From Saprolegnia diclina VS20 (taxonomy: Eukaryota): a stretch of 41,784 nt of DNA. The notes beneath the pieces were generated by a model that made no database searches, had not been told where the DNA came from, and saw nothing but the letters and a program-made list of their open reading frames with translations. Of this stretch, positions 32,877 to 41,784 are shown piece after piece. The stretch is taken from positions 129,776 through 171,559 of the forward strand of contig NW_008246093.1 of the NCBI RefSeq assembly GCF_000281045.1, read 5' to 3'. Both the position numbers and the translations under genes were made by a program. Every line of letters begins with the position of its first letter. The first letter of the stretch is position 1.

Positions 32877-34455
32877 ATGCAGCAGCAGCAGGACGACGAC
32901 GGCCCGCTCTCGAACCCGGTGAAGACGCGCGTTCCTGGTCCCGAGCCAGCGCCCGGGCGCAAGAGCTCCATCGCACGCGAGCCCAAGCACTCGCTCGCCG
33001 ACGCCACGTGCTTGATCCTGTACACGGGCGGGACCTTTGGCATGGCGCCCGACGCGGCCGGCGTCCTCCATCCCAAGAGCGGCTTCCTCGAGAAGAAGGT
33101 GCGCGAGATGGACGAGTTCAAGTTTGGCGGTATGCCCAAGGTCACGATCATCGAGTGGGAAGAGCCGATCGACTCATCCGACATGACGCCGACCGACTGG
33201 AGCAAGATCGCATCGACGATCGAAGAACACTACTGGGACTACGACGGGTACGTGCGAATGCTTCACTATGCGCCTAACGCTCGGCAGGTTTGTCGTCTTG
33301 CAGGGCACCGACACGATGGCGTACACGGCGTCCGCGCTCTCGTTCATGCTCGAGAGCCTCGGTACACTTGCTCCTTCTCTCTCCTAAAGCATCGACTCAT
33401 GCCATCGGTAGGCAAGCCGGTCGTCGTCGCGGGTGCCATGATCCCGCTGCACTTTCCGCACAGTGATGCGCGACGAAACCTCATCATGTCGGTCATCTGC
33501 GCGGCGACGCTCGACATCCCCGAGGTACCTAGGTACCTATTTCATCTACCTACACGACCCATGCGTATAGGTGTGCATCTACTCGAACGACAAGCTCCTG
33601 CGCGGGAACCGCACGACCAAGATCGCCAACATGTCGGTCGACGCGTTCCACTCGCCCAACTTTCCGTTTCTGGCATCGACCGGCGTCGAGACGGCCATCG
33701 AACATGGCCTCGTGCTTCCATACCCGCGCCGCCGGTACAGGTTGCTCGTCTCTGGCCTCGCATACTCATCGTCCATGCACCTGTAGCTTTAGCGTCTTTA
33801 CGAGCCTGCACACCAACATTTGCGTCTTCCACTTGGTGCCGGGCTTTGACGACGACTGCATCACAGCCTACATTGAGCGCCACAACCGCGAGGCGAACCC
33901 GTCGAGCAACCCAAAGGCCATGGTATTCCACTCTCTACACGCTCAACTCGAGCCATGGACAGCAGTGTAATCTATTGGGGCTAGGTCTTTGCCCTCTACG
34001 GCACGGGCAACGCGCCGCTCAAGAAGGACGGCTTCTTGAGTGTTGTCCAGAACGCACTCAACTCGGAGATTGCAGTTGTCGTCACGACGCAATGTCTGCA
34101 CGGCCGGTATGCTGGATGCGGCGACACTTGATAGATTGACATTTTTGCTAGCACGCAATTGGATACGTATGCGACCGGTGTCAAGCTGCTCGAGATGGGC
34201 GTCATCACGTCGTACGACATGACGATCGAGAGCTGCGTCTCCAAGCTCGCGTACCTCATGGGGAAGGGCTTCCGCGGCGTCGGCCTCAAGGAAAAGATGG
34301 AAACGGTATCCTCGTTCTTGATACAAAGTTGATACTAGATTGGGAACTTGTAGGACCTCCGCGGCGAACTCTCGGTCGTCGACCACGCAAGCGAGGACCT
34401 GAGCCGGAACCAGTCGAGCAACCGCAAGACGGTCAAGAAGCTCCTCGGCCATTAG
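32877..34455 (+). CDS. ansA: L-asparaginase type I (cytosolic AnsA-like), no ankyrin tail; multi-exon
   Basis: LILYTGGTFGM (catalytic Thr), IDSSDMTPTDW, spliced YDGFVVLQGTDTMAYTASALSFML, KPVV, SDARRNL, LLRGNRTTK, AFHSPNFP, YGTGNAP, DMTIESCVSKLAYLMG, DLRGEL; stop at 34453-34455. Confidence 0.95.
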
Positions 34456-34873
34456 ACGACTTGCATGTAGAATCGACATCTCCCACTCTTTCTGCGTCCA
34501 CTTGGCTCTCAAGTTACCCGCCGAGGTCCAGATTGGACTTGGCCAGGTCAAGTCAAGTCAGCAGGCAGCTGCGCTCGTACTGTAGCCGGCTTAATGGAGG
34601 GCTTTGCAAGAGCTTGGAACTGCTGGGAAGGCGGCAACGTAGCGGATCCCGATTTCGCGGGAAACATCGCGTTTTCATTGGCTATAAATCGAGTTTTTCC
34701 ACCGTCCGCCGATCAAATGGTAAAGTTGTTGGCAGTGCACACAATCTCCTACAGCGAGAAGACAATATTGTGCTGAAGTGTCGTATTGCTTCGAGGCTTG
34801 CAAAGCTCGGCAGCACACGGTGGCGGGAAGGGAAGCTTTGGAGCCTGCAGACTTTTTCAAAATGCAACATATC

Positions 34874-34897
34874 GGATTGGTTGAATTATAGCCAATC
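34874..34897. promoter_or_regulatory. Inverted pair of CCAAT boxes upstream of the Rap1 gene
   Basis: GGATTGGttgaattatagCCAATC about 150 nt upstream of ATG 35043; a similar GGATTGG...CCAATCC pair precedes asparaginase at about 32775-32810. Confidence 0.5.
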
Positions 34898-35042
34898 GTA
34901 CGCTGTTTTTATTTCCCGACCCTGGCTCGAATTTTATTGGAATTATAATGACAGTTGTACTTGTATTTGTATGCAAATCGGTTTAAAAAGACGTTGCTTT
35001 TCGGGCCGAGAGCGGTCAGTTGCCAATTCACCCGAGTCCGCA

Positions 35043-36874
35043 ATGACGGGGCCGCGATCGCTCTTCGCGGGGATGAAGTTCCATGTGCACAAGCGGACGC
35101 TGGCGCGGGACAAGGCCGAGGAGCTCATCAAGGTACCTCGAGGAAGACGACTCCATGCGCTCAAGATGGCGTAGGAGCATGGCGGCGAAGTCGTCGACGC
35201 GAACGCCGAGGGGCGCATCCTCCTCATGGACAACCAGCGACTCGAGAAGCATGCAGACGACCACCTCAATGTCGAGTACATCTACGAGTGTATCAAGAAG
35301 AAGATGCTCCTCGACCGCGATCCCTTCATGGCGCCGGCAGATTGGGCCGACGACGACGACGACTACGACCAAGACGAGCCCGAAGTACGCGCCAAGAGAA
35401 CACGCACGCCGTATACGCTTCCGGAACAGGCAGCCATGCTCCAGTACAAGTTGGTATCGCTCTCATGTGCCATTGTCCGGACTCGAATCGTGCGGTGTAG
35501 GACATGCACCTCAAGCTCAACCAAAGCAGCGGGTGCCATCGCAAGTTTTGGACCATCGCCGCGGCCAAGAGGGTACACGACCGGCCGTGGTCGCATGGAC
35601 TTAGCTTGCTGCCGCCTAGATTACCAACCGTACGGTCGAAAGCATGCTCGATCACCACAAGAGACGACTCGTGGTCCTGACATTGCCGCAGCTACGTGAA
35701 ATCCTTACGCATTTCAAGGTACAAAAGAACTTGCTCGTGCGCGCTCGCGCTGAACGCAGCGATCTGCTAGGGCTACGCCGGAGACCCCGATGAGGATGAC
35801 GACGACGACGACGAGGCACCGGCGCCACGGCCGACAAAGGCGCCGCTACCGGTCGAGCGTGTCAAAGCACTTCGAATGGCGTCGCGCGAGGATGTACCGC
35901 GGACGGTGGCGCCCCGCAAGCAGCCCCACCGTACGTCCCGCGAGCGACGCGTCCCTCTTGACGAATCTGCTGAGAGCGAAGATTTCACGGACGAAGAAGT
36001 GCCACCGCCCATGTTTTCGACGCAAAAAGAGTCGACCCGACTCAAGCGCTCGCAACGCAGCAGCCACTCGAGCGGCTCCGAGTCGGACGTCGACGTCGTC
36101 ACGCGCCCCAAGAAGCCACGTGTCTCAGCGCGCATGGTGCTCAGCGATGAGAATGAAGATGAAAGCGACGCGGAAGACAACGACGACGGTGTGGTGCCGG
36201 ACAGCCAGCAGTCGCACGACAGTGCAGCGACGATCGATGACGCGACGCAAACTGAAGAGAGCCAGGCGCCGATCACCGACGCTGCGGACGCCCAATCCGC
36301 AAGCAAGCGGTCGGCAAAAAAGAAGGCAGCTGCACCGTCCCCTGGCCGTCCCAAGGCGGCCAACAGTTTTGGCCGCATTGTGCCCCGGCACAAGCACACG
36401 ATGCGGCCCATCGCAGTACCCGGTGTCGTCGCCCGTCCATCAGAGCTCGCGCCGTTCCCCATGCCAGCGCCGACGACGCCCGCCCAGCTCCGCGCGCTCC
36501 GCAAGTTTATGTTTCTCCACTCGGGCATGCCCGATGAGGCGATCGACCATGCGCTCTATTCGTCGTGCGGCAACCCCGTCTTGGCCATCCACTACCTTCG
36601 AGGCAACTTACCGCTGGGTACGTCGAGTGCGTGTGAGATGCCGCCATTGATGCTGGACGTAGGCTGTTGGACGCCGGACGATGACAGCTGGCTCTACGAA
36701 AACGTTACCGTCACGTCCCTCACGCTTGACGAGACCGACGAGACGCTGACGGCACTCGTCGAGGCGGCGTTCCGCTCGGCCAAGCCAACGCGCCCGCACC
36801 CGCTCGAGATGGCCGTCGAGCGGCTTCGCTTTTTGGTGCGAGAGCTCAGTATGCAGCCGGCGCCGGATTCGTGA
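35043..36874 (+). CDS. RAP1: Rap1 / TERF2IP-like telomere protein (BRCT - Myb - acidic linker - RCT domain); multi-exon
   Basis: BRCT-like LFAGMKFHV...ELIKEHGGEVV...EYIYECIKK. Spliced Myb RTPYTLPEQAAMLQY...KFWTIAAAKRITNRTVESMLDHHKRRL. RCT AIDHALYSSCGNPVLAIHYL...WTPDDD...RLRFL. Introns include 35133-35174 and 35454-35500. Confidence 0.8.
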
Positions 36875-37353
36875 GTCGCTATGTGCGTCCGTGCGACAGC
36901 CGTCGCCAGAGCATGCGCACACGTTCCACCGCGCTGGAGAGTCGTATTGCGACGAGGCGTAGAGGCTGCAAAAGTTGTATTTTACTATTTCGATCGTCCA
37001 GCGCCTCGTCCTACGTGTCGCGTTGACCAGAGTGAATCCGTGGGGGCAAGCAAGGATACCACCCCTCTTTGGACGCCGATTATCGACCACATCGATCGGA
37101 GGGTGCAACACTCGCACCACAAGTGCAGACCACGTTGGGACAACGTGTGCCACTCTACTGATGCGTCGCTGCGTACATTAACAACGACGAAGCCAAGGAG
37201 ATGCGGTATGAACGCTGTTCTCGCAAACGTTGGGCTCGTGCATCATCTGTGGCCCGGTGGAGGTAGACGGTGTCATCTAGTCAATATGTGGTCCATTCTT
37301 CCGTGCGCGATACCAATATGAGTATGCAACGAACGACTAACAATGTAAATGTC

Positions 37354-38813
37354 TTATCGCAGCAGTTTTTTGCCGAGCCACGTGTGACGGAAGCTCGCGC
37401 GGGGCTCGATCGCGAGCTCGTGCGGCTCGCAAGCCAAGAGGTGCTTGAGGTCGAGCGTCCGCGTCGAGTCGGAGAGGCGACTCGTCGACACCCCAGAGGC
37501 TGTTAAATACGTCGTGCTCAGCGTAAAATCGGCCAAGTCGGGCGTCAAGTCTTCGCTCCGAAAGCTCGAGGTCATAGCGTCCAGCATCGACTTGGACGAC
37601 TCCATTGCCAGTGCGGGGGCGTCTACGTGGGCGCCATCTTCGTCTTAATATCGCTGTAGAGCACTACGTACAGTCACGGCGCGAAGAGGACGCTGTGAGA
37701 TCGTCGACTACGTCCGAAGGGTCTTCAACGCAAGCGACGCAACCCTGGCGTTTGGCCGAGTGGCACTTGCTACACACGACCTACAGTGCCGTCGTCAGCG
37801 CCTCTTCTCGATGATATCAAGCAAATGTCTACCTGACCACAGTGCTGGCAATTGAGCTTCTTCATGAGGACATGGAATTTCGTCGCACAGAGCGAGCACG
37901 CGGAGCACGTCTCGGTCGGCGTCATGCTCTATAGCATCGCGTACAATGACACATTGCAGTTTTGATATGGGTGCAGACCACTGGAAACGTCGAGAGAGCG
38001 GTCTCTTGGCGTCGCAGATCGTGAATGTGCGCTTCGATGCGCGTAAAGTCGAGTGCCGCGGCTTTCATCGTGTGCTTGGCCAGCCAGCGCGGCGCCGTGC
38101 CCTTGAGGTCAAATTCGAACCGCTGGTGCACGTCGAGGCGGCCGGGCGTGTCGGTTTCGGACACGAGGACCCTACCCCAATGACGGTTTCAAACCATTCG
38201 GAACCGCTCGTTCGTTACCCCGAGTGATAGAACGATCCGCGTACAAAGTTGAGAGCGTGCTTGAGGTCGGGGCAGCTAGGAATGCGCACCGAGTGCTGTG
38301 CGAGCGCCCACGCCTTGTGCCCGGACGGAAGCGTGAGGTGTTTTTGCATCTAGTGCATGATTGTGAGACAGACTATAACAGTAGAAAACGAGGACCGTCT
38401 ACCTCGAGAACGCAAAAGTCGCGGTGGTGCACGAGCGCCGAGCACTCGCACGCAAACCAGCGCAAAACAACGTGCATTTCGGGTGTCGAAGCGACGACGT
38501 GGAGAATCGTGGAGCCGAGAAGACCACCCGCGTACCCGTCCATCGCATCTGTTATGTGCACGTCGGTGAGGTTGGCAAGGACCGACTCGACCTCGGACAG
38601 GTCTGCCGCCAGCGTTGTCGAGCCGTGGTAGCAGACGCTCCGCGCTTCCCGCGTCGCGCTCGAGCCTACGACGGCGAGAAACGTGCCCAACGTTCGCTCC
38701 GCAAGCTCCAGAAGATGGTCTTCTTCGTCCGGCGAGAGCGGGGACGGGTGGCGAAACACGGGCGACGACTTGATCTGCGTGCGCACATACTGCCGGGTCT
38801 TGACGTCAGGCAT
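37354..38813 (-). CDS. START-like + FYVE-like domain protein (second paralogue); multi-exon
   Basis: ATG 38813; PLSPDEEDHLLELA, HRDFCVLE, AWALAQHSVRIPSCPDL, VRGSFYHSG, FDLKG; spliced CSLCATKF...NCQHCGQVVCSKC...CVAC; last exon ends GKKLLR-TAA. Confidence 0.8.
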
Positions 38814-40478
38814 GGCTGTTGAATTGAAGATTGAAGCCAAAGGAATTCGGATGCAGGACGTTCGAAGAAGCATGCGTTGATATCGGGATGAGATTGGTGG
38901 CCTGGCGCATACAAGTGGTGGGACCTTTCGCAAATGTTGCCGGTACGTCGACGGATGGTTTTCTAGTCGATTGGTCAATATCGTCTAGTGCTTACCTCGT
39001 GCACCGGCAAGACCAACGCCGCCAAGATAACGTAATGTACTTGTGCTAGTACGACATTTCTTGGGGCGCGGGATCGTCGAACGTCTGCACTATATTCTAT
39101 TGTTCTATTATCAGACGAAATTGAGTTGCTAGTCGACCCTCTCCCGCGTGCCTTGCAGCTGGCGCTGCGTCTCAAGCGGGAATGCAACCAGGTTGGGACA
39201 TGGGCATCAGCGTGTCAAGCCAACCTCGTCGTCTGCGTCCGCCGTCTTCTACATATAAGTATACAATAAAGTGCAAATCACATTCTTTTTCGTCGCTTTG
39301 CAAAGGTCTGAAATACGGGGCCATCTCGGACGCGTAAGAACAGTCAGAACTGAGTGGTATTCTGGATGTTTGCAACAAAAAATGAACGACCGACAACATT
39401 GTACATCCGATGTGGGCCGCGGCCGGCGTGGGCGATGACGTCCTTGTCATCATTCGCGACCGCTCGCAATCGCAGCGGTGCGTCGACACAAAGTGGAACG
39501 TGCTGCACTGGGAGCGTGCCACGAGAGCCTTCGATAGTCGATATAAATTCACCGCATGCAATGATAGAGTTTTACACGCGCAAAATGTGGGAAATGATTC
39601 CAGCACAAATAGCCTTGTCGCGAGCTCTCAGCCACTTCGTTTGCTGTGACGAGGATTTCTGCTGCCGGGAACCAAGAAGAGCTTGGCAGCTTGGACCTGT
39701 CTGCTATCCAACTAGGATGACGCAGGGCCATAAATCAACCATGAGTTGTCGTCAGTGACCCACAACTAATCCCTCGCCTGCAACGTGAATTCGCCTGCAA
39801 TTGCCGTAGATAAGTTGCCCGGATCCTTGAAGGGCAGACGCACGTCCACGATCGCGCCCACCACGCACACGGCGCGTCGACACGGTGCCAAACATTTGTG
39901 TACACGTACGTTCCCAACTCCTTGGAAGACCAATGCTCGATGACCATGAGCTGCTCCATGCGTCCCTTGGCAATAGAAAGTACCAGGATGGGCATACTGG
40001 ATACTAAAGGGCAGTGTAAAAGCCAGGAAAGAGGCAAGGAAATACGTGTCCCAAGTTATAGCTCCATTGAGAAAGCTATCAACCCTCATTTCATCCTGCC
40101 TCATTACGCACTAAGTACTTATAGCAGCGCGCTTGGAGCTTGCATTGAAAAGACAAACCCACTCAAATTATCCTCGCGCACGAGCCATCGCGCCGCAATG
40201 TGGCATGGACGTGTTCTCGTCCGCGACCAGCCACGGGGCACTGTACTTGCTTTAGGCAATTCGCTTCCCACCTGGAGTGGGACCTACACTTGTTGACGCG
40301 ATGCAACGCATAATATTAATATTCTATTTGTTCAACAATTATACTATAGTTTGTATTGAAAATTGTTTCAAGATAAACAATATACTTGAATAGAAAAACC
40401 GTTCAATAAAGTTGGTTCCAGCGCCACCAAAGGCAATCTCACGCCAGTTTGCAAATCTCCGAGTAAGTTCTGAGAGCC

Positions 40479-41747
40479 ATGCGCTTCCGCCCCGACTTTT
40501 ACCCGTCGGTCTCGCCGTCCCAGCACGAGCATCTGCGGCTGCTCGCCAAGAAATCGGTCGCCGACCTCCTTCAAGTGGCCGCGGCCTACGACGGGTCGGG
40601 CGCCCGCACGCGGTTTGAGATGCTGCCGCCGCTCCACGGCAACCCGGACGTGCAGTCGATCTGCGGCACCGTGACGTTGCAAGCATCACTGGAAGACATC
40701 GAGGCCATCATGCAATGCCACGTTGCCAACACGGCCGAGAGTCAAGCGTTTGCCAAGACCGTCGAGACGCACGTCAAGGCCTCGGCGCTGCTGTTGCAGC
40801 TGAGCCCGAGCATGACGATCAACTGGGCCATGATCGAGTCGCAGTCGTCGGTCATGCGGCACCGCGACTTTGTCTACGTACAGTGCCGCGAGCACAAGGT
40901 TATCGACGGCGTCGACACGTGGGTGTCGTGCACGCACTCGGTCAAGATTGACGGGTGCCCGCCGCTCGACGAGTCGCTTGAGCTCGTGCGCGGCGGCTTG
41001 TACGCCTCGGGCTATGTCTTTTCCGCGCACCCGACCGAAGGCATTGTCCGCGCCACGTACGTGCTCTCGGTGGACTTTAAGGGCCGGACGCCCCACGCGT
41101 GGACGTCGACAACGCTGAAGAACTGGTGCCACGCGCTCTCGCGCATGCAGAGCTTCTTTGACGCGCGCCACGTCGGCCGTCTCTCGAGCTACGTGCGCAG
41201 CGACATGGAGGTCAAGTCCGTCAAGGACGTGGCGTACTGCCACGTGTGCGGCGGCGACTTCTTCGCCTGGACAAAAAAGGACAATTGCCGCATCTGCGGC
41301 GAGGTCGTGTGTCCGTCGTGCACTGAGAAGAAGGACGTCGCGTTGCCGTCCGGCGTCCGCAAGCTCGCTATGTGCACTGTCTGCTTGCACTCGAAATTTG
41401 AGCCCGAGAAGCTCTCGCCACGCCTGCGCCAGAGTCGGTCGTGGCCCGACGAGCAATACAATGCACGACCGCCGCGGCCGCAGCGCTGGAGCACAGCACG
41501 TGTGTCAGCGGATGCGCTTGACATTGGCGACTTTACCGTGCCCCGGTCGCGGTCGCTGGTCGTCCACCCGCCAATCGAGCCCGAGCCGGTTGTTGTTGTT
41601 GCCACCAAAGAGCGGGCGACAAGCCATCGGAGGTCGCACCAGCGGTCGATGGACCGCGCGTCGTTTGAGGAGATGCAGCGCGTGTGTCAACCTCGACTGT
41701 CGTTTGAAGCCGACGGCGACGTCGATCTCTTTGACAAGGTCTTCTAG
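40479..41747 (+). CDS. START-like + FYVE-like domain protein (third paralogue), 422 aa, intronless
   Basis: HRDFVYVQ, WVSCTHSVKIDGCPPL, VRGGLYASGYVF, DFKG; CHVC...NCRICGEVVCPSC...CTVC; Inr/FPR-like CCAGTTTGCAAATCT at about 40444-40458. Confidence 0.92.
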   Translation: MRFRPDFYPSVSPSQHEHLRLLAKKSVADLLQVAAAYDGSGARTRFEMLPPLHGNPDVQSICGTVTLQASLEDIEAIMQCHVANTAESQAFAKTVETHVKASALLLQLSPSMTINWAMIESQSSVMRHRDFVYVQCREHKVIDGVDTWVSCTHSVKIDGCPPLDESLELVRGGLYASGYVFSAHPTEGIVRATYVLSVDFKGRTPHAWTSTTLKNWCHALSRMQSFFDARHVGRLSSYVRSDMEVKSVKDVAYCHVCGGDFFAWTKKDNCRICGEVVCPSCTEKKDVALPSGVRKLAMCTVCLHSKFEPEKLSPRLRQSRSWPDEQYNARPPRPQRWSTARVSADALDIGDFTVPRSRSLVVHPPIEPEPVVVVATKERATSHRRSHQRSMDRASFEEMQRVCQPRLSFEADGDVDLFDKVF

Positions 41748-41784
41748 TCGCGTCCAACCGTTTATGCTATTTAACCCAAATACC

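Noticed and set aside
6541..34455. TPS, DHODH, MATE and asparaginase as a metabolic gene cluster
   Set aside because: Unrelated pathways, interspersed with unrelated genes; ordinary eukaryotic gene neighbourhood
1..41784. CRISPR arrays, rRNA/tRNA genes, transposase or reverse transcriptase genes, prokaryotic defence systems
   Set aside because: No spaced direct repeats, cloverleafs or mobile-element motifs seen by eye; the DNA is intron-containing and eukaryotic. A covariance-model scan would be needed to exclude small RNAs

Overview
Gene-dense, GC-rich eukaryotic DNA with many short (about 40-65 nt) GT-AG introns and oomycete Inr/FPR-type core promoters; the gene families suggest an oomycete, probably Saprolegniales (inference). 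I see about 16 genes. These are two catalytically dead secreted trypsin-fold proteins (GIP-like), two RNASEK/V-ATPase subunit f-like genes flanking axonemal dynein light chain DNAL4, a trehalose-6-phosphate synthase/phosphatase with degenerate active sites and a hydrophobic tail, a mucin-stalked type I membrane protein, class 2 DHODH, an IQ/EF-hand protein, an intronless ~1810-aa internally duplicated multi-pass membrane protein, three START-like+FYVE-like paralogues, a MATE transporter, an arrestin-domain protein, a type I L-asparaginase and a Rap1 (BRCT-Myb-RCT) homologue. There are also two decayed GIP-like pseudogenes and one stray fragment. I found no rRNA, tRNA, CRISPR or recognisable transposon. 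Multi-exon genes are given as start-to-stop spans with splice sites inferred by eye. Family calls come from motif recognition, not database searches. No single clear novel system stands out. The best leads are the doubly degenerate TPS-TPP, the pseudo-protease family turnover, the duplicated giant membrane protein and Rap1.
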